From a virus (lineage: Duplodnaviria > Caudoviricetes): DNA of 64,000 nt. Shown in pieces: positions 17,679-26,827 of this stretch (its first letter is position 1; every line of letters begins with the position of its first letter). The position numbers and the translations under genes are program-made. The notes below the pieces were generated by a model. It had not been told where the DNA came from and did no database searches. It was given only the letters and a program-made list of their open reading frames with translations. The stretch lies in the IMG/VR virus record IMGVR_UViG_3300042997_002652, positions 1 to 64,000 of that record. The stretch is one strand, 5' to 3'.

Positions 17679-17722
17679 CGAAAACTCATAAATAATCTTT
17701 ATCTTTCAAGGAGTTATGCAAT

Positions 17723-18094
17723 ATGCTAGTACACAAACATTTGATTATTAGAGCAGAAATTAATAACCCACCCCGTGACCCTGAATGGGTTATTAACTGG
17801 TTAAAAGAGTTGACAGGTAAAATTGGTATGAAAATCTGCATGGGACCTATCAGCGCATATGTTGACGTTCCCGGCAATAGAGGGGTAACTGCGGTTGTAG
17901 TAATTGAAACTAGTCATATGGCTATACATGTTTGGGATGAGGGAAGTCCTAGTTTGATTCAAATGGATGTGTACACTTGTGGCCAGTTAGATACCGATAT
18001 TATCTTTAAAGAACTAGAACAGTTTGAACCAGTTAAACTAGAATACAAGTATCTAGACAGAGAACATGGATTAACAGAAATCTCTGTTAACTAG
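17723..18094 (+). CDS. speD: S-adenosylmethionine decarboxylase proenzyme family protein
   Basis: GVTAVVVIETSHMAIHVWDE and DVYTCG motifs. Confidence 0.8.
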   Translation: MLVHKHLIIRAEINNPPRDPEWVINWLKELTGKIGMKICMGPISAYVDVPGNRGVTAVVVIETSHMAIHVWDEGSPSLIQMDVYTCGQLDTDIIFKELEQFEPVKLEYKYLDREHGLTEISVN

Positions 18095-18476
18095 TAACTC
18101 GTTTATAGTCAAACCATCCCAAAACTTCTGCACCTGAAATCTTTTGTTCTTTAAGAGTATTCAGGTGCTTTTCTATGTATCTAAAAAGAAAGCCATGCAT
18201 ATCTCTTTGTTCATGCTCTTTTCTTCCATCTAGTATGTGATCCCATTTACCTAATGTTTCAAACGCATTAGCATAGTAAAGTTTTCGGTAGTTAAGATTT
18301 AATTCTCGCCTCATCTCTGGAGTAGGATAAATGTTTAACAATGTACCGCCAAAACAAAGAGCCATTTTATGAGGCATTACTATACCATTCCAATATACAA
18401 TATAATCATCGCATTGTGGAACGTATTTTAAAACTGGTCTATTATCTAACAAACTCCAAGCTTTTTCTGCTGACAT
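18087..18476 (-). CDS. Hypothetical protein
   Basis: 129-aa ORF. Confidence 0.65.
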   Translation of the reverse strand: MSAEKAWSLLDNRPVLKYVPQCDDYIVYWNGIVMPHKMALCFGGTLLNIYPTPEMRRELNLNYRKLYYANAFETLGKWDHILDGRKEHEQRDMHGFLFRYIEKHLNTLKEQKISGAEVLGWFDYKRVTS

Positions 18477-18484
18477 GTTAACCC

Positions 18485-19183
18485 CTAAAGTGTATTGTCG
18501 TAATCATCAGCACCAGCAAAATCCCAAGAAGAATCTTTAAATTCTTGAATAGCTTCTATTGTACCCTCTACAGGATTAAATCCATAAGTCCAATACTTGA
18601 TTAATCTTTTAGGCGCTTGTTTAGTAATATGATTAAATCTAAGTGAATGACTATTAATATCCTTAACAGTCATTTCACCTAAAATCCATTCGTTACCAGT
18701 TGTAGCTACTTGACATACACTAATGTCAAAGTGATCAATAACTTCTTTAATAGTGTCAAAATACTTACAAGTAATTATTTGTACTTTCCAATTTTTATTA
18801 TTTGCATTTATATTAAACGTACATGCGTTATCCGTTTTTATAACTACATGCGAATGACCATGGCTATAGTCCGACAATCCAATATGTTTAATATAGTCTA
18901 TTAGCTTTTCTGCTTGTTTTTCATTTTTACAAAAAACATCTATGTCGCTGTGTTCACCAACTGGAATATTTTGAAACCAACGTAAACAAGCTCCACCTGC
19001 AATCCAAGGGCCTTTATCTATATCAGGGTTAATAACATTGACGGGCAATTGATCATCAGGATGAACTGTTTGATATTTACATAGTGAACCCAGTTCTTTT
19101 TTCGCTCGTTTTGGCTCACTAAAGATTGAATCTTCTTGGTTCCACGGGATTGCGATTACATTAGACCATATGCTCATTTTCAT
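18485..19183 (-). CDS. Nucleotidyltransferase of the CCA/poly(A) polymerase head type
   Basis: WIAGGACLR...SDIDVF and FDISVCQ motifs. Confidence 0.7.
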   Translation of the reverse strand: MKMSIWSNVIAIPWNQEDSIFSEPKRAKKELGSLCKYQTVHPDDQLPVNVINPDIDKGPWIAGGACLRWFQNIPVGEHSDIDVFCKNEKQAEKLIDYIKHIGLSDYSHGHSHVVIKTDNACTFNINANNKNWKVQIITCKYFDTIKEVIDHFDISVCQVATTGNEWILGEMTVKDINSHSLRFNHITKQAPKRLIKYWTYGFNPVEGTIEAIQEFKDSSWDFAGADDYDNTL

Positions 19184-19770
19184 TACCTCTTAGTAACTAC
19201 TTCGTCTGCTAGTCCATATTCAACAGCTTCGGCAGCAGACATAAAAAAGTCTCGCTCCATGTCCTTAGCTAATTCTTCAAACGTTTTATTTTTACTGTTA
19301 TGCTTGACATAGATTTCAGTAAGAGACTTCTTCATTGCCAAGATTTCTTTTACTTGAATTTCCATATCAGTTGCTTGACCACGAGCACCTCCGGAGGGCT
19401 GATGAACCATATGACGAGCATTGGGCAGAATTTTACGTTTACCAGGAGAACCAGCTTGTGCTAAAAGTGATCCCATTGAACAGGATTGTCCCATTACAAT
19501 AGTGTTCACATCTGGTTTGATAAACTGAATTGTATCGTAAATAGCCATGCCTGCAGTAACAGAGCCGCCGGGAGAATTTATATAAAGAAAGATGTCTTTG
19601 TCCGGATCTTCTGATTCCAGAAACAAAAGCTGGGCTACAATCAAGTTAGCCATTTGATCATGAACTTCACCTTCAAGTAGTATTACCCGATCTTTTAACA
19701 AACGTGAATAAATGTCGTAACTACGTTCACCGCGTGAAGTTTGTTCAATTACAATGGGAATCAATGCCAT
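19183..19770 (-). CDS. clpP: ATP-dependent Clp protease proteolytic subunit
   Basis: [14 protein letters not shown]; YINSPGGSV; catalytic Ser (SMGS), His (MVHQP), Asp (RDFFM). Confidence 0.97.
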   Translation of the reverse strand: MALIPIVIEQTSRGERSYDIYSRLLKDRVILLEGEVHDQMANLIVAQLLFLESEDPDKDIFLYINSPGGSVTAGMAIYDTIQFIKPDVNTIVMGQSCSMGSLLAQAGSPGKRKILPNARHMVHQPSGGARGQATDMEIQVKEILAMKKSLTEIYVKHNSKNKTFEELAKDMERDFFMSAAEAVEYGLADEVVTKR

Positions 19771-19845
19771 AAAAAATCCTCTTAGTTATATTATGTGAGA
19801 TTCTATAATACACTAAGAGGATTAGTAAATCAATATAAATGGTGA

Positions 19846-21381
19846 TTACTTGCGTTTGGCTCTACCCACATCACCTGTTTTTGTCTTGTCTTTTTCAGGT
19901 CTAGTAGCTCTGCCAGTTGCGATTTGTTTTGCTGCCTTATCTAGTTTTACTTCGGGTTTCTTGCCTGCAGCACTTGCAGTTTCTTCACTATCTTCTTTTG
20001 GAACTCCCGCTCCTTTGTCTATCTTAAAGGTAAAGTTTCCTTTTATGCCTGTACTGTAATAAGTTTTACCAGCAGAAAGATAAACACCTTTAATAGAATC
20101 TCCTGGATACACAGTGTTGAATTCTTGTAGAGTCCAAGTATCTTTACCTTCTTTGGCTTTAGTATAAACTTGAACTAATGCGCCGTTGTTTAAGATATCA
20201 GATGCAGCTTTTGGAAAGTCAGTATTATCGTTAACTTTATCTGCTGCTTTGTGTGCTACTTCTGCTAATAAATGAAAATATAAACTAGTGTTTTCAGGAG
20301 TTTTAGTTCCTCTGTTCAACGCCATTTTCTTTAATCGTGATGATATGTCCACACTGTCTATATCGTTTAAGTTTATAGGAGCCATATTTTTTAAGTCTTC
20401 TATTTGACTAGCTTCTTTGGCATTGATAATACCAAATTTTACTCCTAACATCAAAGGGGCACCTGATTGTCCTTCTCTTTTAATATCTTCTAATAAACCA
20501 ATAGTTTCTTGATGCTTTCTTATTAATCTACTACCTGCTGGAGTTTGTTTCATTTCTTCAACACTATCTAACAAGTTTTTAACACTTGCTTTAGCCCCAG
20601 CCCCGCCTTTAGTACTTATTTTTATAATCTTACCTTGAGGATTGGTTAGAATGCTATCACTAAGTCCAGCAGTTTTACTAGTATCAAACGTGATAAGAGT
20701 ATCAGCAAATGATCCATCCATGAACACTTCGGCAGCTTCACCTGCGTTACCTGTATAGTTTCCAGTTTGTAGTGCCATTGGTTGTAAAATCTCGCAGAAG
20801 TAATCTCTAAACGCACTAAAGCTTACATCACTAGGAGCAGTAAAATGCAATGGTAGTTTTTCACCATTAGCTATTCTTCGTGCCACTGTATATAGAGGAT
20901 TGTCTGTACCTAAACTAGTAGCTAGTTGATTTATGATATCGTCTGAAGTTAAATCAATCTTGTCAGATAATAAATCTTGTGGTGATAAACCTGCTTGTGC
21001 TTTAGCAGCAGCTTTACCTGCAAAAGAGTAATCTCCTATTTTGTTAGGGAAAAAATTACTAGTTAAGTTTGGTTTTATCTGCTCAAAATATTTACCAAAA
21101 TATAATTCACCTTGATCTGAAGAAAAAGATGCAATAGCAAATCCGCCAGATTTCGCTGAAGGTGAGTTCGTCCACTGAACTTCAATACCATCCGTAACTT
21201 GATTTACTGTTTGCTCAAGTTCTTCTTTGGTTAGTTTTCCGCCACCTTCAGGAAAAAACTGTATACTATTGAATACTATTTGGTCATTTTCTGAATTGCG
21301 GAAAACGTCTCCGGGCTTTCTACCCGCTAGACCAGTTGATTCGGTTAATAATTCTAATGTGTTTAATAAGTTTCTAATCAT
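19846..21381 (-). CDS. Hypothetical 511-aa protein, possible PD-(D/E)xK-like nuclease fold, with LLTE leader
   Basis: GLSDSILTNPQGKIIKISTKGG; TAAATA upstream. Confidence 0.55.
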   Translation of the reverse strand: MIRNLLNTLELLTESTGLAGRKPGDVFRNSENDQIVFNSIQFFPEGGGKLTKEELEQTVNQVTDGIEVQWTNSPSAKSGGFAIASFSSDQGELYFGKYFEQIKPNLTSNFFPNKIGDYSFAGKAAAKAQAGLSPQDLLSDKIDLTSDDIINQLATSLGTDNPLYTVARRIANGEKLPLHFTAPSDVSFSAFRDYFCEILQPMALQTGNYTGNAGEAAEVFMDGSFADTLITFDTSKTAGLSDSILTNPQGKIIKISTKGGAGAKASVKNLLDSVEEMKQTPAGSRLIRKHQETIGLLEDIKREGQSGAPLMLGVKFGIINAKEASQIEDLKNMAPINLNDIDSVDISSRLKKMALNRGTKTPENTSLYFHLLAEVAHKAADKVNDNTDFPKAASDILNNGALVQVYTKAKEGKDTWTLQEFNTVYPGDSIKGVYLSAGKTYYSTGIKGNFTFKIDKGAGVPKEDSEETASAAGKKPEVKLDKAAKQIATGRATRPEKDKTKTGDVGRAKRK

Positions 21382-21393
21382 AATGTATTTATC

Positions 21394-21894
21394 TTAACAC
21401 TTATCTAATCGTTGATATCTAAACCATCTTTTCATGCCGCTTGATCTTTTCAATACAAGTCCGTATTTAGCAAGTTGTTTTCTAAATGTATAGAAACTAG
21501 GACCATGACTCATTACGGGGTATTTGCCTTCTAAATGTCTTGTTTTACTGTACACATCCCATTGATACTGATGAGCCATTTCGTGTGCTAATGTGTTTAT
21601 TAGCCATTGTTTACAATACCATTTATCAGACAGTCTTATTTTACATTGGGAACTTTTCTTTTTAGGATTGAATCCAGTAGACATACACATACCCCAGTAT
21701 CCTCTACAATGACTTTTTACTTCTAACTTAGCAGGCGGTAATTCGTTGTTGAAAATTTCTTCATTGATAATGTTATAAAGTTCTCTTACTTCTCTTTTGG
21801 TAGTTCTATATGATAGCTTTTTTTGCAAGACAAGACTTGGAAGAGGTTCAGACATTAGTAGCATTAGTTTAGAAGTCATGCAATTATTTATCAA
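21394..21894 (-). CDS. SprT-like zinc metalloprotease
   Basis: TLAHEMAHQY and SHGPSF motifs. Confidence 0.8.
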   Translation of the reverse strand: MINNCMTSKLMLLMSEPLPSLVLQKKLSYRTTKREVRELYNIINEEIFNNELPPAKLEVKSHCRGYWGMCMSTGFNPKKKSSQCKIRLSDKWYCKQWLINTLAHEMAHQYQWDVYSKTRHLEGKYPVMSHGPSFYTFRKQLAKYGLVLKRSSGMKRWFRYQRLDKC

Positions 21895-21942
21895 TATAAA
21901 AATACAAAGTATGCAATAATTAACTAAATATAGTTTTAGGAG

Positions 21943-22425
21943 ATGATCTTTATGATTATAGAAAGTATTATTGGTATCGTAGTAATAGGAGCAGTTGCAT
22001 ATTTGTTTTGGAAAAGCAACAAAGATGCACCCAGTACTGATTTAAACAATGACGGAAAAACTGATATAAAAGATTTTTTTGTAGCTTTAGAAAAATCTGT
22101 ATCAGGCTTAGCATCAGTAGCTGATGTTAACAAAGATGGAAAAGTAGATGTAGATGACGCTAAAGTAGTTGTTGAAACTGTTAAGACTAAAATTAGTGAA
22201 ACAGTAGAAAAAGGCAAAACGGTTGCAAAAAAGATTAAGAAATCTACACCAGAAGTTAAACCCGAACCTGCTGCTACTCCCAAAAGAGCTAGAAACAACG
22301 GGAAACTTGTTGCTGACAACCCTGCTACCCCTGAAGTAAATGAAGCTTGGGAAGGCGGCAAAGCACCAGAAAAGAAACCAAAACCCAAGAAGCCAAAAAA
22401 GCCTAAAATGACCGTAGTAAAATAA
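21943..22425 (+). CDS. Membrane-anchored protein with EF-hand/dockerin-like DxNxDG repeats and Lys/Pro-rich tail
   Basis: N-terminal TM; DLNNDGKTDIKD and DVNKDGKVDVDD. Confidence 0.65.
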   Translation: MIFMIIESIIGIVVIGAVAYLFWKSNKDAPSTDLNNDGKTDIKDFFVALEKSVSGLASVADVNKDGKVDVDDAKVVVETVKTKISETVEKGKTVAKKIKKSTPEVKPEPAATPKRARNNGKLVADNPATPEVNEAWEGGKAPEKKPKPKKPKKPKMTVVK

Positions 22426-22428
22426 ATT

Positions 22429-23124
22429 ATGGAAATAGGGTTTGATGTAATTAGTGATCTTTGTCTGTCCCCTAACGATAATTTCAAGTGGACAAACAAA
22501 GCAACTAGCTTGTATTGCATTGTTGCAGGTAACATAAGTTCTGATACTAGAACTATCATTCAAACATTAGGTCATCTTGCTAAGTACTACCAGGGAGTTT
22601 TTTATATTCCTGGTAGATTAGAATATGAAGGCTTTGATGATGTTGAAATGAGAACTGAAGAGTTGGCAGCAATATGTAATCATTTGGATCATGTAGCAAT
22701 ACTTTATCATAATGTAGCCATGATAGATGGTGTTGCAATAGTGGGTGTAAATGGATGGGGTAACTTAACTGAAGAGTATAGTATTCCTAACATTCAACGG
22801 TTGCATGAACGAGAAGATGATTTACTATACCTTTATAAAACCATAGAAAGACTACAAGTACATTTAGATGTTAAAAAAATATTTATAGCTTCTAGTGCTG
22901 TTCCTAGAAAAGATTTATATTTCGGTCAACTTCCTGAGTATATAGACACTATGCCTACGCTAAGCTCATGTGCTCAGTATGATACAGAAAAAAAGATGTC
23001 TAATTGGGTGTTTGGTACGTATGAAAACGTAGTTGACATTACGATTGATAATGTCAACTACGTTAACAACCCTTATTTTAAATCAAGAAATTATTGGGCC
23101 AAACGAGTAACTATTAAGATATAA
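22429..23124 (+). CDS. Metallophosphoesterase-fold protein with degenerate active site
   Basis: SDLC, AGNI, PGRLE in place of SDxH, GD, GNHE. Confidence 0.6.
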   Translation: MEIGFDVISDLCLSPNDNFKWTNKATSLYCIVAGNISSDTRTIIQTLGHLAKYYQGVFYIPGRLEYEGFDDVEMRTEELAAICNHLDHVAILYHNVAMIDGVAIVGVNGWGNLTEEYSIPNIQRLHEREDDLLYLYKTIERLQVHLDVKKIFIASSAVPRKDLYFGQLPEYIDTMPTLSSCAQYDTEKKMSNWVFGTYENVVDITIDNVNYVNNPYFKSRNYWAKRVTIKI

Positions 23125-23430
23125 TTACTGTTCGCTTTCTACTTTGATCTGAAGTGGAAATCCCTGTGATCTAGCATCAAGAGTTACTTCAATGCCGCGC
23201 TGCTCAGCAATTTCATAAGGTAGCACTGCTACTACTGCACTTCCAATCTCATGAATTTTTTGAGTTATGGTAGACGCAGTATCTGGATTGTAATTAAAAT
23301 ACTCAATAAGTGAAGATATAACAAATTCCATAGATGTTACATTATCATTCATATAAATAATTTTAAACAAAGGCGGTTCTTTTAAACTAGTGTTGGGTTT
23401 GATTTTACTGTTTATTTCTGCATTTGGCAT
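23125..23430 (-). CDS. clpS: Clp protease adaptor ClpS
   Basis: PPLFKIIYMNDNVTSMEFV...IHEIGSAVVAVLPYEIAE...FPL. Confidence 0.93.
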   Translation of the reverse strand: MPNAEINSKIKPNTSLKEPPLFKIIYMNDNVTSMEFVISSLIEYFNYNPDTASTITQKIHEIGSAVVAVLPYEIAEQRGIEVTLDARSQGFPLQIKVESEQ

Positions 23431-23488
23431 TTCGTATTACCTCTTGTAAAAGCAGCCAGCAAAACACTGACTGCGTATGTTTATATTA

Positions 23489-23944
23489 CTATTTATTGTA
23501 AGCAATAGCAATTGTCTTGGGCTTTTGTTCTTCTGGAATTTCACGTTTTAAGTAAATAGCAAGAATTCCCAATTCAAGATTCGCATTTACAATTTCTACA
23601 TGATCAGCTAGTTTAAACTCACGCTTAAAGTATCTGCTACTAATTCCTTTATGTAGAACTTTATAACTAACATCATCTTCATGAACTGGTATCAGTGGGT
23701 TACCTTCTATCACTAAAAAGTTTTTATCCTTAGTAACTTTTAAGTTTTCTGGTCCAAAACCAGCTACAGCCAATGAAATTGAAAACTCATCTTCATTGAT
23801 TTGAGTTATGTTATATGGAGGGTAGTTATCAGTTTGTTTAGAATCTAGTCTAAACAGTTCGTCAAAGACTGAATCAAACCCGATTGCGAATTTGTGTATT
23901 GAGGGAATATCGGTGGAACGAAGGGTTAAAGTTTTGCTTGTCAT
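23489..23944 (-). CDS. ibpA: Small heat-shock protein (Hsp20/IbpA family)
   Basis: IGFD, NYPPYNI, LAVAGF, LHKGISSRYFKREF, NLELGIL. Confidence 0.93.
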   Translation of the reverse strand: MTSKTLTLRSTDIPSIHKFAIGFDSVFDELFRLDSKQTDNYPPYNITQINEDEFSISLAVAGFGPENLKVTKDKNFLVIEGNPLIPVHEDDVSYKVLHKGISSRYFKREFKLADHVEIVNANLELGILAIYLKREIPEEQKPKTIAIAYNK

Positions 23945-24006
23945 AGTAGTCTCCTTAAGTTAAGCAAGATTTTTTAATGTAGACCTGACCATTCAGCATC
24001 TACATT
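23945..24006 (-). promoter_or_regulatory. ROSE-like RNA thermometer in the hsp20 5' UTR
   Basis: UCUUGCUU pairs with the SD AAGGAGA leaving a bulged G (23950-23969); upstream hairpin 23976-24006. Confidence 0.6.
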
Positions 24007-24045
24007 AGTATTTATTATACATGATTGCGTAAAAAAATATATCTT

Positions 24046-25257
24046 TTAGGGAAAATAAAGTTCTTTTGGATCTAAGACCATGTCTTGTGTAATTACTAAA
24101 TCCTTAATACCATTTGTTACATAGTGCGATATATGAAACATATGCGGTAATAACACTTTTTCTATTTCACTGTGTAATCCCCTCGCTCCAGTTTTAAGAA
24201 TGATACAATTTTCTGCAAGTTGATCTATTGCTTCTGTAGTAAATCTTAAATCTATACCGTCTAATGAAAAAATATACTTATACTGTTCTATGAAACTGTT
24301 CTTGAGTTGTGTTAGTATTCTTATCAACTCAGGTTTATCTAATTGTTCTAATGTTACAGTAGTTGTAAATCTACCTATAAATTCTGGTATCATTCCAAAC
24401 TTAATTAAGTCTTCGGGAGTAACCAAACTTTGGTCAATAATATTATCTTTTGATTTTACTTCAGCACCAAATCCAATTGATGACCCTTGTACTCTACTTC
24501 TTAGTATATCACTCAAACCACTAAAAGCTCCGCCGGCAATGAACAAAATATTTTTTGTATCTACTTCTATTGTATCACTGTTTGGATTCTTTCTTTTACC
24601 TGAAGCACTTACGCGACATTTCGTGCCTTCTACAAGTTTGAGCAATGCTTGTTGTACACCTTCACCAGAAACGTCACGAGTAATACTAGTGCTTTCTCCT
24701 TTTCTAGCTATCTTGTCTATTTCATCAATAAACACTATTCCTCTTTCAGCAATAGAAACATCTCCGTCAGCTATTGCCAATAACATTGATATCATACTTT
24801 CTACGTCATCACCTACATAACCTGCTTCAGTTAAGCTAGTAGCATCAGCAACCACGAAAGGCACATTAAGATACTTAGCAACTGATTTAGCAAGTAATGT
24901 TTTACCGCTGCCAGTTGGACCTATCATTAATACATTACTTTTTGCTATTTCAATATCTTCAGGAGGTTCGTTATTGATTCTTTTATAATGGTTTGTTATT
25001 GCAACACTAATTGCGATTTTTGCTCGGTCTTGCCCTATAACATGATTATCTAAATGCTTTTTTATACTGTAAGCATCTGCTTTTTTTGCTTTACTTTCTA
25101 TTATAGTTGGATTGTTTTCTTCTACTATAAGTTGGTTACATAACTCAATACAGTCGCTACATATAGCAACGTTATCACTTACTATCAATTTGGTAACTAA
25201 ATCTTTATGATTATTACAAAACGAACAATAAGACAATTTATTTTCTGACATGAACAC
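24046..25257 (-). CDS. clpX: ATP-dependent Clp protease ATP-binding subunit ClpX
   Basis: CSFC...CSDC zinc domain; GPTGSGKT; EAGYVGDDVE; FIDEIDKI; RDVSGEGVQQALLK; TGARGL. Confidence 0.97.
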   Translation of the reverse strand: MFMSENKLSYCSFCNNHKDLVTKLIVSDNVAICSDCIELCNQLIVEENNPTIIESKAKKADAYSIKKHLDNHVIGQDRAKIAISVAITNHYKRINNEPPEDIEIAKSNVLMIGPTGSGKTLLAKSVAKYLNVPFVVADATSLTEAGYVGDDVESMISMLLAIADGDVSIAERGIVFIDEIDKIARKGESTSITRDVSGEGVQQALLKLVEGTKCRVSASGKRKNPNSDTIEVDTKNILFIAGGAFSGLSDILRSRVQGSSIGFGAEVKSKDNIIDQSLVTPEDLIKFGMIPEFIGRFTTTVTLEQLDKPELIRILTQLKNSFIEQYKYIFSLDGIDLRFTTEAIDQLAENCIILKTGARGLHSEIEKVLLPHMFHISHYVTNGIKDLVITQDMVLDPKELYFP

Positions 25258-25284
25258 ATGATCCCTTAGATAATGATATTTATG

Positions 25285-26820
25285 TTAAGAATTATGAGTG
25301 CTTAAGTATTCTTCTATTTGATTCCTTTCCTGATCAGAAAGAAGCTCAGCATCGTACTCTCCGCTGTCTATTTTTTCAACTAGATATTTGATGTATTCTT
25401 GGTCATAAAGATATGTTGCTGTAAGACTTTTATTTATTTCAATCCATTTGTTACCATCAAACCTAAATACTCTATTAGGTAATGTGTCTACTCTAACAAA
25501 TATATCTTTCTTTTTTGCCATTTTAGGAAATTGAATACCAAAGCTAGAATGTGGCATTACTGAATCTGGTCTAATAGTAAACAAATCAGGTTTTATTTCT
25601 TTTAACGCATCTTTTTGAAAAAGTTGTTTATTATATTCTATGTACCCGTCACCTACATCATGTAGTGGAGTAACTCCTTCAGTGATTATATCTTTAGTAG
25701 TTATTAAAGTTTTTTTTATGGCTGATTCTGTGATAACTTGTGCTGCATCATCTACACTAGAAGGTTGATCTTGTACACTTGTGATGATATCAATTGCCCC
25801 TGCTGGTTGTAAAGGTACAATATCTCGTTCAGTTGTTTCTGCGACTGTCTCTTGTAAATCGTCTGTTCTTTCAAGATAGATTGATTCTGTTCCAGATTCT
25901 GGTTGTTCATTGCTGCTGGATGTGCTTGTATCGGAGGTAATGGGTGGTTCGGGGATATCTGTTGTATCGCTGACATTGTTGGAATCCTCTTTAACATTTA
26001 ATACTTCCTCAGTATTTACTGGTTCTTCTAATATAAGAGTGGGTTCTTCTACTAGTGGAGCAGAAACTAAGTCTTGTTTTTTTCTATTTACTAATGTGTA
26101 ATTAGCAGCCATTAACAAAAGAATAGCCATTGGATCAAATACAAATATAAACGCAATGATAACCCATCTAACAGCTTCTTCGGTTCTATCCTGCCCGTCA
26201 TTATATATTAATTCTGCTATATATTTTATAGGACCAACTTCTAATTCAATGGCTCGTAGCTGTTGCGATAGTTCTAGTTTTTGATCTTCTAACCCGTCTA
26301 ATTCTGTTTGTGCTGTATCAATAGTTTGACGTAGTAATTCTCGCTGCTCAGCTTGTGATTCTCTAACTGCTATGGCTCCGTCTGGTCCTCTGATACGATC
26401 AAAATTAATTAATGCTTGAACACTTTGATCTAGTTGTGAAATAACTTGTTCAGCATCAGTAATTCTAGACTGCTCTCTAGTAATTTGTTGGTCAAGTCTT
26501 TCAATTTGGATTTCATTATTTGCTACTGGGCTAGTTTGTTCTAAGTGTGCTTTAGATAACAATCCAAAGATACCCATTGAAGTTAGCAACATAGCAATTA
26601 ATACTAATGGTGCCATTGCGTACTTGATTTTAGTAGGTTCATTCCAATTTCTATATAACCAACTAATTCCAACTACTTTGCCTAGTTCAATAACAGCACC
26701 CATAACTAAGGCAAATTGAGGCATGCCAGCAAAGATAGCAATGATACCATATATGGCAAAAACTGCCGCAACAGTTGCCATTGATAGTGCGGTTAATAAG
26801 GTGATTATAGCCATGAACAT
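25285..26820 (-). CDS. Hypothetical membrane protein (TM helices, coiled coil, acidic linker, C-terminal domain)
   Basis: 511-aa ORF with several hydrophobic segments. Confidence 0.75.
   Translation of the reverse strand: MFMAIITLLTALSMATVAAVFAIYGIIAIFAGMPQFALVMGAVIELGKVVGISWLYRNWNEPTKIKYAMAPLVLIAMLLTSMGIFGLLSKAHLEQTSPVANNEIQIERLDQQITREQSRITDAEQVISQLDQSVQALINFDRIRGPDGAIAVRESQAEQRELLRQTIDTAQTELDGLEDQKLELSQQLRAIELEVGPIKYIAELIYNDGQDRTEEAVRWVIIAFIFVFDPMAILLLMAANYTLVNRKKQDLVSAPLVEEPTLILEEPVNTEEVLNVKEDSNNVSDTTDIPEPPITSDTSTSSSNEQPESGTESIYLERTDDLQETVAETTERDIVPLQPAGAIDIITSVQDQPSSVDDAAQVITESAIKKTLITTKDIITEGVTPLHDVGDGYIEYNKQLFQKDALKEIKPDLFTIRPDSVMPHSSFGIQFPKMAKKKDIFVRVDTLPNRVFRFDGNKWIEINKSLTATYLYDQEYIKYLVEKIDSGEYDAELLSDQERNQIEEYLSTHNS
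25752..25976 (-). CDS. Candidate overprinted 74-aa ORF nested out of frame in the linker of the 511-aa gene
   Basis: GAGGA RBS 8 nt before ATG; MSAIQQISP...LYLYNQQGQLISSQVYKINLLV. Confidence 0.4.
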   Translation of the reverse strand: MSAIQQISPNHPLPPIQAHPAAMNNQNLEQNQSILKEQTIYKRQSQKQLNEILYLYNQQGQLISSQVYKINLLV

Positions 26821-26827
26821 AATGTAT

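Noticed and set aside
11111-17680. Repeat-spacer pattern as a possible CRISPR array or integron
   Set aside because: The spacers are whole ORFs of 180-3500 bp, the repeats are promoters, and no cas gene, integrase or attC structure is seen.
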